Below, piece by piece: positions 11,132-20,627 of a stretch of 64,000 bases of DNA. The stretch covers positions 10,738 through 74,737 of the forward strand of contig JBEDFA010000023.1 of the NCBI GenBank assembly GCA_041175365.1, given 5' to 3'. How positions within the stretch are numbered: the first letter of the stretch is position 1; each line of letters opens with the position of its first letter. The stretch comes from Actinomycetota bacterium (GTDB lineage Bacteria; Actinomycetota; Acidimicrobiia; Acidimicrobiales; Ilumatobacteraceae). A program made the translations under genes and the position numbers. The notes beneath the pieces were generated by a model, which saw only the letters and a list, made by a program, of their open reading frames with translations, was not told the origin of the DNA and did no database searches.

Positions 11132-11905
11132 CTATGAATGTATGCGGGGAAACGCACGAAGAGCGTTCGCAGTGGTGCGAACAGCGAAATCTGCAGCATC
11201 GTGACCGCGAAGATCAGCGATGGCAGTGCCCACAATTCCCACGTGCGCTGGTTCATTCGGGCGTCCCCGGTGTGGAACAGGTGTAAGAAACGGGCTGTCA
11301 GTCTCGACAAGGATGCGGTCAATAGGGCACAACTCGGCGGCTTCACGAAGTTCCACAGCATTCTTGAAAGTAACGATGCCGCTGAAGCTGAGATAGGCAC
11401 CACGGTCAAGACATGCACGTGCTTCGTCGGGGCCACCTGTGAAGCAATGGATGATGGTGTTCTCTGGCATGCCTTCGGCATCAAGAACGTCGAAGGTGTC
11501 TTGCCATGCATCACGTGTATGGATGACAAGAGTGAGGTCGTGTTGTTTGGCTAATGCGATCTGTTCTGCAAACGCAGGCATCTGAATTTCACGTGGTGAG
11601 TGTTCGTAGTAATAGTCGAGACCACATTCACCGATTCCGACAACGCGTGGCTGTGTAATAAAAGGAACGATTGATGCAACGCCTTGTGTTGCATCATGCG
11701 GGTGAAGACCAATGGTTGCCCACACATCGTCGTGACGAGATGCAATGTCTAATGCAGCCGCGCACGTCTCTGCGTCGCAGCCAATCACAACAAAACGTTC
11801 CACTCCAGCTTCGCGGGCGCGATTCAACGACTCATCGGAGCCGAACGCCATCTTGTCGTCATGAATGTGGCAGTGCGTATCTGTCCACCCCGTGGCGTGG
11901 CTCAT
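11132..11905 (-). CDS. tatD: TatD-family metal-dependent hydrolase
   Basis: Track ORF 11132..11998. The motifs are DTHCHIHD, VVIGCD and GECGLDYYY. I placed the start at ATG 11905, which forms an ATGA overlap with the metG stop. Confidence 0.9.
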   Translation of the reverse strand: MSHATGWTDTHCHIHDDKMAFGSDESLNRAREAGVERFVVIGCDAETCAAALDIASRHDDVWATIGLHPHDATQGVASIVPFITQPRVVGIGECGLDYYYEHSPREIQMPAFAEQIALAKQHDLTLVIHTRDAWQDTFDVLDAEGMPENTIIHCFTGGPDEARACLDRGAYLSFSGIVTFKNAVELREAAELCPIDRILVETDSPFLTPVPHRGRPNEPAHVGIVGTAIADLRGHDAADFAVRTTANALRAFPRIHS

Positions 11906-13410
11906 GAGATGGTGCGACGAGGGAAGAGCGGATCGCCCTTTTCCACTGGATGTCCAGCGACGTACTGACCCCATGAGGTGTCCGTACCAATGCGGCATGA
12001 CTCGATGTCGGAGGTCATTCCGATACGACGCCAGATTTCGCGAGCGGTATCGGGGATGGCAGGGAAAGCGAGGATGGTGACGATGCGCAATGCCTCGAGT
12101 GCGTCACCCATGACGGAGTCAACAAGTGGACCCGCTGCGACTTTCCATGGCTCGTTGTTCTCAAGGTGAGCGTTTGTTGCGCGGATGAGTTGCCACGTTG
12201 CTTCCAAGGCACGCGATGGCTGGACAACTTCCCAATGCTCAATCGTTTCTCTCACTGCCTGTTCAGCGATGGAGGCAAGAGGGCTGTCGAGATTTGGTGT
12301 GGTTCCAAGTCCGTCACACTTTTTACCCACCACTGTTGCAACGCGAGCAGCAAGGTTGCCGAGGTTGTTTGCAAGATCAGAGTTGTAACGGCTGATGAGT
12401 CCTTCGTATGTGAAGTCTCCGTCGTTGCCGTATCCGGTGTCGGACAGCACGTAATAACGGAATCCGTCAACACCGATTTCGTCAACGAGCTCAAGTGGGT
12501 TGACAACGTTGCCCGATGTCTTCGACATCTTTTCGCCACCAACAAGCAGCCATCCACCAACAGCCCAACCTTTCGGTGGCTCAATGCCAGCGGACATGAG
12601 CATTGCGGGCCAGTACACGTTGTGGAATCGGATGATGTCTTTGCCTATGACGTGATGGTTCACGGGCCACCACTTCTTGAACATTTCGTCATCTGTTCCG
12701 TAGCCAATTGCGGTGATGTAGTTAGCAAGCGCATCGAACCACACGTACGCAACATGTGACGGGTCGAAGGGAAGTGGGATACCCCACGTGAGTGTCTTGC
12801 GACTGACGGAGAAATCTTGCAGTCCCTGCTTGATGAACCCGAGAACTTCATTTACGCGGTGATCAGGCACAACGGCACCTGGGTGAGATGAATAGAAGTC
12901 AATGAGACGCTGCTCGAAGCGAGAGAGACGGAAGAAGTAGTTCTCTTCTTCGACGTGTTCGACTGGGCGCTTGTGAATCGGGCAGTTGTTGTTATCAAGT
13001 TCGTCTTCGGTGAAGTACGCCTCGCACGCCACGCAATACAAACCGCTGTACTTGTCGAGTTCGATATCGCCGGCATCAAAACATGCCTGCAACAACTTCT
13101 CGACACCAGCACGGTGACGCGGTTCGGTGGTGCGAATGAAGTCATCATTTGAGATGTTGAGGCGCTGCCAAGCTTCCTGGAAGAGAGGAGCAATGGAGTC
13201 AGTGAATTCCTGAGGTGTGGTGCCAGCGGCATCCGCAGCCTGCTGGATCTTCAGGCCATGTTCGTCGGTGCCGGTGAGGAAGTGCACGTCGTCACCCAGC
13301 AAGCGATGCCAGCGCGCAAGGGCGTCGGCAACGATGGTGCTGTACGCATGACCAAGGTGAGGCCGTGCGTTGACGTAATAGATAGGAGTGGTGAGGTAGT
13401 ACGTGCCCAC
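11902..13410 (-). CDS. metG: Methionine--tRNA ligase
   Basis: It has a HIGH-type motif (ARPHLGHAYS), a KMSKS motif (GEKMSKTSGN), and a zinc knuckle (CVACEAY..CPIHKR). Confidence 0.95.
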   Translation of the reverse strand: MGTYYLTTPIYYVNARPHLGHAYSTIVADALARWHRLLGDDVHFLTGTDEHGLKIQQAADAAGTTPQEFTDSIAPLFQEAWQRLNISNDDFIRTTEPRHRAGVEKLLQACFDAGDIELDKYSGLYCVACEAYFTEDELDNNNCPIHKRPVEHVEEENYFFRLSRFEQRLIDFYSSHPGAVVPDHRVNEVLGFIKQGLQDFSVSRKTLTWGIPLPFDPSHVAYVWFDALANYITAIGYGTDDEMFKKWWPVNHHVIGKDIIRFHNVYWPAMLMSAGIEPPKGWAVGGWLLVGGEKMSKTSGNVVNPLELVDEIGVDGFRYYVLSDTGYGNDGDFTYEGLISRYNSDLANNLGNLAARVATVVGKKCDGLGTTPNLDSPLASIAEQAVRETIEHWEVVQPSRALEATWQLIRATNAHLENNEPWKVAAGPLVDSVMGDALEALRIVTILAFPAIPDTAREIWRRIGMTSDIESCRIGTDTSWGQYVAGHPVEKGDPLFPRRTIS

Positions 13411-13484
13411 TCGTTCAGGCTACGGGACAGCGGGTGCTGGTCGTCGGTTCGTTTTCAATACGACAACTTTCGTACGCTCTTCTA

Positions 13485-14303
13485 ATGCCTTTTGAGTTCG
13501 ATATCGCGACTGCAGCCACCTCTCTCGGTGACGGGCTATACGACACTCCCATTCAAGAACGTTGGAATATTGGCCCTGGTATCGCGAATGGCGGATACCT
13601 GATGGCACTGGCAGCCAATGCCATGCGCGAAGAATGCGGACGCGCCCACCCATTGACTTTGACGGCGCATTACCTTTCGCCTGGCTCACCTGGTCCAGCG
13701 CAGACACAAACATCGGTAGTCAAGGCTGGTCGCCGTGTTGCAACGATGACGGGGTCACTCACAAGTGGCGGCAAAGAAGTCATTCGATTGCTCGGCTCTT
13801 TTGGTGATCTTGATGCGAATGAAGGTGCGCAATACAACGATCTCACGCCTCCAGATTTTCCTGCCTATGAAGATCTTGTAAAGCGGAAACCGAATCCCGA
13901 CATGCCGCCTGGATTGCATTCGCGACTTGATTCACGCATGCATCCAGAAGATGCAGTTGTGATGTCGGGTTTGCCCGATGCAAAACCAACTGGTTACCCG
14001 CTCGTGCGTACGTACTTCGCATTCGCTGATGGTCGCGAGGTGGACACACTTGCGTTGCTGCTAGCAGCTGATGCTGGTCCGCCAGTCATCTTCAACTTGT
14101 ACGGACTCATTGGTTGGGCACCCACATTGGAACTCACAGTTCATGTGCGCGCTGTGCCAGCACCTGGTCCGATTGCATGCAGGTTCTACAGCAATGTGGT
14201 GCAGGGCGGATTCTTTGAAGAGAACGGCGAGATGTGGGACTCCACCGGTCGTTTGGTGGCGATGAGCCGTCAGTTAGCGCTTTCGCCCTTGCCGCAGGCC
14301 TAG
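13485..14303 (+). CDS. Thioesterase-family (TesB-like double hotdog) protein
   Basis: Track ORF 13434..14303, with the start moved to MPFEFD. The overall pattern (GIANGGYLMALAANAM ... two halves) resembles actinobacterial acyl-CoA thioesterase-like proteins. The assignment is tentative. Confidence 0.65.
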   Translation: MPFEFDIATAATSLGDGLYDTPIQERWNIGPGIANGGYLMALAANAMREECGRAHPLTLTAHYLSPGSPGPAQTQTSVVKAGRRVATMTGSLTSGGKEVIRLLGSFGDLDANEGAQYNDLTPPDFPAYEDLVKRKPNPDMPPGLHSRLDSRMHPEDAVVMSGLPDAKPTGYPLVRTYFAFADGREVDTLALLLAADAGPPVIFNLYGLIGWAPTLELTVHVRAVPAPGPIACRFYSNVVQGGFFEENGEMWDSTGRLVAMSRQLALSPLPQA

Positions 14304-15047
14304 CGAATACGTCAATAACATCGCGACAACTGCGGCGGTGATGGTGGACGATCGGCGAATCAGCATCTTTGATCGCTGAGCGAAAATGACAACTGGCCAT
14401 CCGCGTGAACGCGAGAGCGTTGCAAGTTCTGCGTCGGGATTGACCGCCACTGCGTTGCCCACAATCTCCATCATGGGAAGATCGCTCATGGAATCGGAGT
14501 ACGACCAAGAGTGTGCAAGGTTGATGCCGCGTTGTGTTGCGAGCGTGGTGATTGCTTCGGCTTTTCCTTCGCCGTAACAGAACGGCCCATCAAGGCGCCC
14601 TGTATATACGCCATTGTCAACTTCGCCCTTTGTGCCGATGCCGCCTGTCATGCCGAGAGCAATTGCAAGTGGTTCCACTAACTCAATAGGGGAGGCCGAG
14701 ACAATCCAGGTTTCGCGACCAGCGGCATGGTGTTGATCAAGCAACGCACGAGCTTCAGGGCGAATAAGACCAAGAAGTTCCGGAAGAACAAGTTCATTTA
14801 GGCCAACGAGATCTGCCTGATTCATTCCGCCGACACGAGAAAGAATGCGATCGCGCACGCTGTGGCTGGATTCATCACTGGAACCAAAGAACTGGAACTT
14901 CAGTGCACGGACAACATCGGGGAGAAAATCTTGAATGCGGATGTAACCGGCATCACGAGCGGCACGTGCGAAGACAAATGCGGAAGAGCCGGCGATCAGC
15001 GTGCGGTCAAGGTCGAAGAATGCTGCCGTTGTTTCTGTGTTCGTCAT
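14274..15047 (-). CDS. HAD-IB family hydrolase with C-terminal membrane helix
   Basis: HAD motif I is FFDLDRTLIAGSS, and SDSMSDLPMM is motif IV-like. The tail is hydrophobic. Its 3' end overlaps the convergent thioesterase gene by 30 nt. Confidence 0.75.
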   Translation of the reverse strand: MTNTETTAAFFDLDRTLIAGSSAFVFARAARDAGYIRIQDFLPDVVRALKFQFFGSSDESSHSVRDRILSRVGGMNQADLVGLNELVLPELLGLIRPEARALLDQHHAAGRETWIVSASPIELVEPLAIALGMTGGIGTKGEVDNGVYTGRLDGPFCYGEGKAEAITTLATQRGINLAHSWSYSDSMSDLPMMEIVGNAVAVNPDAELATLSRSRGWPVVIFAQRSKMLIRRSSTITAAVVAMLLTYSLGLRQGRKR

Positions 15048-15904
15048 GATCCCACCGCGATTGCATATACGCGCTTCCGTGCGACTCCGAATGCTGCCGT
15101 CACTTCATCAATTGCATCGCGCTTGCTGAGCCCATTTGCGGTGCGTGCAGCAAGTTCACGAACAATTTCCTCATCTGTTACTTCTACCTCGGTATTGACC
15201 GCTGGCGCAATGACGATTGCGTACTCGCCGCGGGGTGCGACCGCACGGGAATGCGCCACTGCCTCGGCAAGACTTCCGCGCCACACTTCTTCGTGCATCT
15301 TGGTGAGTTCGCGAGTCAGTGCAACGCGACGATCATCTCCGCATGCTGCTGAGAGGTCAACCAAGGTCTTCTCCAAACGATGCGGAGCCTCATACAACAC
15401 CGTGGTGCGACGCTCACGTGCAACCTCGGTGAGGCGTTCACGACGTTCGGCACCACTGCGAGGCAAGAAACCATCAAACGCGATGCGGTCGGTGGGGAGC
15501 CCACTGATTGTCGCCGCGACAACAAAGGCTGCAGGACCAGGTGTTGCGTGAACGGGGTATCCGGCTGCGACAGCAGCACGCACCAAACGTTCACCCGGAT
15601 CGCTAATTGCTGGTGTGCCTGCATCGCTGATCACTGCGACGACTTCATTCGCTGAGAGCAACATCAACACTTCTTCAATGGCATCGTGCTCGGTGTGATC
15701 GTTTGTCACGATGAGACGCTCGGGTGTTGCATTGATGCGCTTCAGCAATGAACCGCTGTGCCGTGTGTCTTCGCAGCAGATCACTTTTGCAGTGCGCAAC
15801 ACAGAAACAGCGCGGGGAGATATGTCATCAAGATTCCCAATAGGCGTTGCGACAAGCCAAAGACCTGCATGCACGATGGAGGAGACATCGTCAATGTTCG
15901 ACAT
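15044..15904 (-). CDS. rsmI: 16S rRNA (cytidine1402-2'-O)-methyltransferase
   Basis: It has a tetrapyrrole-methylase fold with LWLVATPIGNLDDIS, CEDTRHS and SDAGTPAISDPG. Confidence 0.9.
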   Translation of the reverse strand: MSNIDDVSSIVHAGLWLVATPIGNLDDISPRAVSVLRTAKVICCEDTRHSGSLLKRINATPERLIVTNDHTEHDAIEEVLMLLSANEVVAVISDAGTPAISDPGERLVRAAVAAGYPVHATPGPAAFVVAATISGLPTDRIAFDGFLPRSGAERRERLTEVARERRTTVLYEAPHRLEKTLVDLSAACGDDRRVALTRELTKMHEEVWRGSLAEAVAHSRAVAPRGEYAIVIAPAVNTEVEVTDEEIVRELAARTANGLSKRDAIDEVTAAFGVARKRVYAIAVGS

Positions 15905-16244
15905 GACGCACCTCTAATGGAATTCCTGCGCACAAGTTCCAGCGTTCAAACGAGCCTGCTGCTGCTTCAACAACAAATTGCGATTGACGCTTGTTGGGGC
16001 CAACGCGCCAGGGCTTCAAGGTTTCAACATCGAGAACGATGCCTTCCGATGAGATGTATGCAACGTCAATGGGCACTTTCATACCGATGGTGTGCACCCA
16101 TGAACACGGCTGCAATACAAGAGGTTGTTCAACAGAGGTAACGCCAATGAGTCCGCGTCGGCGATCGGTACGTGAAGTGGCGAGTAGTGCTGCGGCGAGC
16201 ACCCGACCTTCGCTCACGAGCCAGACGGGTTCCATGGCTGTCAT
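15891..16244 (-). CDS. DUF192-family protein
   Basis: It shows the small beta-rich protein pattern GLIG.....L.L.PC..VHT.GM..PIDVAYI typical of DUF192/COG1430. Confidence 0.7.
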   Translation of the reverse strand: MTAMEPVWLVSEGRVLAAALLATSRTDRRRGLIGVTSVEQPLVLQPCSWVHTIGMKVPIDVAYISSEGIVLDVETLKPWRVGPNKRQSQFVVEAAAGSFERWNLCAGIPLEVRHVEH

Positions 16245-16246
16245 GG

Positions 16247-17344
16247 TTACACGTTAAAGCGGAATTCGGTGACGTCTCCGTCGATGAATTCGTATTCCTT
16301 GCCTTCGGAGCGCAGCTTGCCCGCGTCCTTTGCGGCGTTCCAGGAGCCCAACTCAATGAGTTCATCCCAGTGAATGACTTCGGCGCGAATGAAACCACGC
16401 TGAATGTCGGAGTGAATCTTTCCGGCGCAGACAGGAGCTTTGTCACCAGCATGGAAAGTCCATGCACGAGTTTCCTTTTCGCCAGTAGTGAAGTAGGTAC
16501 GCAAACCAAGCACGTGATACGCGGAACGCACCATCTTGGTGAGTGCACCTTCGCCCAGGCCAAGTGCTTCGAGCATCTCGGCACGGTCTTCGTCAGACAA
16601 TTGAGCAGCTTCTGCTTCGATCTGCACGCTCATGCCGAGCACTTCAATTTCGTGTTCTTGACGTGAGCCGGGAGGGCAAAGTTCAGAGCGAACACGCTCT
16701 TCCATTGCGGGAATTGTGTCGAGTTCGTTCTCGCCCACGTTGACAACGGCCAATACGCGACGGTTGGTGAGCAAGAAGTGAGGAGCAAGTTCTTCACGAT
16801 CTGCAGCAGACAATGCAGAGCGATAGATAGGAGTTCCTTCGGCGAGCACGTCGTATGCACGCTGCAACAATGCGGCTTCTTCTTGGTTGCCCTTATCAAC
16901 GCGTGCAGTTTTCTTTACGCGGTTGAGGCGGGTCTCGACCGTTTCGAGGTCGGCGAGTGCGAGTTCAAGCTCTACAACTCGAAGGTGTTCCAGCGGATCG
17001 TCGGGGCCAGGGACGTCGTCGTCCTTGAACGCACGGAGCACATAAACAATGGCATCGACCTCGCGGATGTTGGCGAGGAACTTGTTTCCCAAACCTTCAC
17101 CCTTGGACGCGCCTTCCACAAGACCGCCGATGTCGACCACCTGGACGGCAGCGTGGACGATGCTCTTGGTCTTCGACATCTCGGAGAGCTGGAGGAGACG
17201 GTTGTCGGGCACCTTGGCGACGCCGATGTTGGGGTCCTTCGTGGCGAAGGCATAGGGGGCAGCCAGGGCTCCACCGCCGGTGAGGGCGTTGTAGAGCGAG
17301 GACTTACCTGCATTGGGGAGACCGACGAGACCGAAACATTCCAT
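16247..17344 (-). CDS. ychF: Ribosome-binding ATPase YchF
   Basis: The P-loop is GLVGLPNAGKSSLYNALT. It also has VDIGGLVEGAS and the C-terminal TGS-like motif HSDIQRGFIRAEV. Confidence 0.95.
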   Translation of the reverse strand: MECFGLVGLPNAGKSSLYNALTGGGALAAPYAFATKDPNIGVAKVPDNRLLQLSEMSKTKSIVHAAVQVVDIGGLVEGASKGEGLGNKFLANIREVDAIVYVLRAFKDDDVPGPDDPLEHLRVVELELALADLETVETRLNRVKKTARVDKGNQEEAALLQRAYDVLAEGTPIYRSALSAADREELAPHFLLTNRRVLAVVNVGENELDTIPAMEERVRSELCPPGSRQEHEIEVLGMSVQIEAEAAQLSDEDRAEMLEALGLGEGALTKMVRSAYHVLGLRTYFTTGEKETRAWTFHAGDKAPVCAGKIHSDIQRGFIRAEVIHWDELIELGSWNAAKDAGKLRSEGKEYEFIDGDVTEFRFNV

Positions 17345-17409
17345 GAGGGGTAGGAGGCTACCTGTGTCGGTTGTTCCCTTGCCCGTGTGGGTTATGGCGG
17401 GGGTAATTG

Positions 17410-17427
17410 TTACTATGGCCGTAGTGC
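17410..17427. promoter_or_regulatory. Candidate suf operator, ACTA-N6-TAGT palindrome (site 1)
   Basis: The sequence is TTACTATGGCCGTAGTGC, 52 nt upstream of the sufB GTG. The core ACTATGGCCGTAGT differs at one central base from ACTATGGGCGTAGT at 50837-50850, upstream of sufC2. Confidence 0.5.
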
Positions 17428-17477
17428 AAATAGCCCCGGCTCACCCGCCGGACTAGTACGACAAAAGGACACTCCCC

Positions 17478-18878
17478 GTGACTTCGTTCGATCTTGACCT
17501 CAGTAAGTACAGCCTCGGATGGAGCGACGAAGTCGAATACGCCTTCGCTCCTGAGAAAGGCCTCTCCGACCGCGTGGTCGAGCAGATTTCATGGTGGAAG
17601 GGCGAGCCGAAGTGGATGACCGAATACCGTCTGCGCAGCCTTGGCATCTTTGATCGCAAGCCAATGGCCCCATGGTTTGGCGACAACATGCCAGATCTCG
17701 ACTTCCAAGACATCTTCTATTACTTGAAGCCAGCAACGGCTCAGGTGGATGAATGGGACGACCTGCCCGAGCAGATGAAGCTCACCTACGAGAAGTTGGG
17801 CATTCCCGAAGCAGAGCGCAAGTACCTCGCTGGCGTCACCGCTCAGTACGAATCAGAAGTGGTGTTCCACCGCAACCGTGAAGACCTTGAAGCGCAGGGC
17901 ATTTTGTTCTGCGACATGGATACCGCATTGCGCGAATACCCCGACCTTGTTAAGCAGTACTTCGGCAGTGTGATTCCACCTGCTGACAACAAGTTCTCCG
18001 CACTCAACACTGCAGTGTGGTCCGGTGGATCATTCATCTACGTACCACCAGGCGTTGAATGCGAAATGCCATTGCAGGCGTACTTCCGTATTAACTCGGA
18101 AAACGCTGGACAGTTCGAGCGCACGCTCATCATCGCCGACGAAGGCTCAAAGGTTCACTACATCGAAGGTTGCTCTGCACCGGTGTACACCAGCGACTCG
18201 TTGCACTCTGCTGTTGTGGAAATTGTTGTGAAGCCATCGGCTCACGTGACATACACAACGATTCAGAACTGGTCGCCAAACGTGTACAACTTGGTAACAA
18301 AGCGTGCCCGTGTTGAAGCAGAAGGCCACATGGAATGGATCGATGGCAACATTGGTTCCAAGCTCACCATGAAGTACCCAAGCGTGTACCTCGTGGGTCC
18401 AAAGGCAACAGGCGAAGTGTTGTCCGTTGCATATGCAGGCGCAGGTCAGCATCAGGACGCAGGCGCAAAGATGGTGCACGCAGCACCAGAGACATCGTCA
18501 AAGATCGTTTCGAAGTCCATCAGCAAGGACGGCGGCATCACCGCTTATCGCGGACTTGTTCGCGTGGAAGAGGGTGCCTACGGATGCAAGAGCCACGTGC
18601 AGTGCGACGCACTCATCCTTGATGGCGAGAGCGAAAGCCGCACATTCCCCTACATGGAAGTGGGCGAGAAGGACGCAGAGATCGGACACGAAGCAACCGT
18701 TTCGAAGATTGCCGATGAGCAGTTGTTCTATCTCATGAGCCGTGGCCTTACTCAGGAAGCTGCCATGAGCATGGTGGTGAACGGATTCATTGAGCCCGTG
18801 ACGCGCACATTGCCCATGGAATACGCAGTTGAGTGGAGCCGTCTCATTGAGTTGCAGATGGAAGGTTCCATCGGCTGA
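17478..18878 (+). CDS. sufB: Fe-S cluster assembly scaffold protein SufB
   Basis: 466 aa with a typical SufB sequence ([40 protein letters not shown]). It has a GTG start with AAGGA upstream. Confidence 0.95.
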   Translation: MTSFDLDLSKYSLGWSDEVEYAFAPEKGLSDRVVEQISWWKGEPKWMTEYRLRSLGIFDRKPMAPWFGDNMPDLDFQDIFYYLKPATAQVDEWDDLPEQMKLTYEKLGIPEAERKYLAGVTAQYESEVVFHRNREDLEAQGILFCDMDTALREYPDLVKQYFGSVIPPADNKFSALNTAVWSGGSFIYVPPGVECEMPLQAYFRINSENAGQFERTLIIADEGSKVHYIEGCSAPVYTSDSLHSAVVEIVVKPSAHVTYTTIQNWSPNVYNLVTKRARVEAEGHMEWIDGNIGSKLTMKYPSVYLVGPKATGEVLSVAYAGAGQHQDAGAKMVHAAPETSSKIVSKSISKDGGITAYRGLVRVEEGAYGCKSHVQCDALILDGESESRTFPYMEVGEKDAEIGHEATVSKIADEQLFYLMSRGLTQEAAMSMVVNGFIEPVTRTLPMEYAVEWSRLIELQMEGSIG

Positions 18879-19235
18879 TTGAGCCAATGGGTCTTCGTTA
18901 TGCCAATGCGAACGGAATGCAAGAACTATGAGAGCCGCACCTATGCAAATGGTGATGCGGTGCGTAAGTGCAATCTCGATCTTGCCCCCGAAGCGCCGTG
19001 GCGTTGTCCAGACCCATGCGAAGGGTACGCACGCCGTTTGGCAGATGTGGCCTGGGTGCACGGCAGTGCGATTGCACCGCCCACACCACCAGAAGTGCCT
19101 GGTTTAGATGATGGCTCCGCAGCTGCAGTACTTGATGCAGCAAGCGAAATCATCAACTCCATCAGTGCGCAAACTATTGAAGAAGTCGTAGCAGAACAGT
19201 CGAAGAAGCGTCGTTGGTGGCGCAAGAAGAAGTAG
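18879..19235 (+). CDS. Hypothetical Cys4 mini-protein with polybasic tail, embedded between sufB and sufD
   Basis: The ORF fills the whole sufB-sufD gap, running from the base after the sufB TGA to 7 nt before the sufD ATG. Its cysteine spacing is C-x15-C-x11-C-x3-C (TECKNY..RKCNL..WRCPDPCEGY). The middle is acidic and Pro-rich and the C-terminus is KKRRWWRKKK. The real start may be ATG 18900 or 18906. I recognise no family. Confidence 0.55.
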   Translation: MSQWVFVMPMRTECKNYESRTYANGDAVRKCNLDLAPEAPWRCPDPCEGYARRLADVAWVHGSAIAPPTPPEVPGLDDGSAAAVLDAASEIINSISAQTIEEVVAEQSKKRRWWRKKK

Positions 19236-19242
19236 CAGATTC

Positions 19243-20310
19243 ATGAATACAACCCCCACACTCCCCAGCACCGAAGAAGAGATCTGGCGTTACAGCCGTA
19301 TCGGTGAACTTGATCTGTCTGCGTTCGCCGCAGGCACCGCACGCACAGAGACAGTCGGTCTTGATGCAGTGCGTGTGAAGGAATCTCTCGCCGGCATCGC
19401 AATGAATGGCACGCCCGATGTGTTTGCAGAACTCAACGCGGCAAACGCAGAGACGATCTCGTTGCGCATCCCCAAGGGTGTTGCTGTTGATGGTGTCATC
19501 GAAATCATTCACCACATCGAAGCCGATGGCATTGTTGCCTATCCACGTTTGATCATTGATGCGGAGCCAGAGAGTCAAGTTACTGTCGTCGAGCGTTTCG
19601 TTTCGAATGACAATGTGAAGTCACTTGTTGTTCCTGTGCTCGAGATTCGTTCTGCTGCCAGTGCCAACGTGAACTACGTCGGTGTCAACCAATTGGGTCT
19701 TCGTACTTGGATGATTGCTCACCAACAGACGGTGGGTCATCGCGATTCGAACACTCGCCTCAACACGATTGCTCTCGGCGGCGATTACGCACGAGTGCGT
19801 GCAGAAGTGCGTTTGGTGGAGTCTGGTGCGAATGCACAGCAACTTGCGTTGTACTTCGCAAGCGGCACTCAGATGCACGACTTCCGCACCCTGCAGCGTC
19901 ACGAAGCACCACGTACCTACAGTGACCTGTTGTTCAAGGGTGCTGTTGGCGGCAGCGCACGCAGCGTGTACACCGGACTCATTCGAATTGAGAAGAACGC
20001 TGGCAAGTCCGAAGCGTTCCAGACCAACCGCAACCTCACCTTGGGTGCAGGTGCATGGGCAGAGAGCGTGCCCAACCTTGAGATTGAAACCAACGAAGTG
20101 AAGTGCAGCCATGCCAGCACCGTTGGTTCGATTGACCAGGAACAGCGGTTCTATTTGGAAAGCCGTGGCATCTCGCCAGAAGTAGCTGAACGTCTCGTGG
20201 TGTTCGGTTTCTTCAAGGATGTTCTTGATCGTTTGCCATCGAATGTGGACACCACTTCGTTGGAAGCAGAGATTGCAGAAAAGTTGCGTCGTGAAGAGGC
20301 AGCGCAGTGA
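19243..20310 (+). CDS. sufD: Fe-S cluster assembly protein SufD
   Basis: It has a SufB/D beta-helix region ending in KCSHASTVGSIDQEQRFYLESRGI. It sits downstream of sufB. Confidence 0.9.
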   Translation: MNTTPTLPSTEEEIWRYSRIGELDLSAFAAGTARTETVGLDAVRVKESLAGIAMNGTPDVFAELNAANAETISLRIPKGVAVDGVIEIIHHIEADGIVAYPRLIIDAEPESQVTVVERFVSNDNVKSLVVPVLEIRSAASANVNYVGVNQLGLRTWMIAHQQTVGHRDSNTRLNTIALGGDYARVRAEVRLVESGANAQQLALYFASGTQMHDFRTLQRHEAPRTYSDLLFKGAVGGSARSVYTGLIRIEKNAGKSEAFQTNRNLTLGAGAWAESVPNLEIETNEVKCSHASTVGSIDQEQRFYLESRGISPEVAERLVVFGFFKDVLDRLPSNVDTTSLEAEIAEKLRREEAAQ

Positions 20311-20627
20311 GCGTTGTTGCCAAGTTCGACGAACTGAAGTCTGGCGAAGCCCAGCGCGTGATGGTGGATGGCGTCGCTGTCGCTGTCGTTCGTATCGAGG
20401 ACGAAGTATTTGCTGTTGCCGACATGTGCAGCCACGCAAATGTGTCGTTGTCGGAAGGCACTGTCATGTGCGAGACCAAGCACATCGAGTGCTTCAAGCA
20501 CGGAAGTGCTTTCAGTTTGGAAACCGGCATTCCAGATGCATTGCCTGCCACAAAGCCTGTTGCAGTTTTCTCTGCATCAGTCGTTGACGGAAATGTCGTT
20601 GTTGAAACAAAGGATGGTGCGAAGTGA
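20307..20627 (+). CDS. Rieske [2Fe-2S] ferredoxin-like protein
   Basis: The Rieske ligand boxes are CSHANVSL (CxH) and CFKHGSAF (CxxH). It has 4-nt overlaps with both sufD and sufC. This position is known from other actinobacterial suf operons. Confidence 0.85.
   Translation: MSVVAKFDELKSGEAQRVMVDGVAVAVVRIEDEVFAVADMCSHANVSLSEGTVMCETKHIECFKHGSAFSLETGIPDALPATKPVAVFSASVVDGNVVVETKDGAK

Noticed and set aside
19621-20439. 272-aa minus-strand ORF antisense to sufD. Similar long antisense ORFs occur at 5487..6107, 9534..10289, 14862..15551, 20705..21262, 24785..25561, 47129..47611, 52467..52961 and 61034..61582.
   Set aside because: Each lies entirely inside a confidently identified gene on the other strand. 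Their products are Cys/Arg-rich and low in complexity, with no recognisable motifs. Such shadow ORFs are typical of GC-biased coding DNA.
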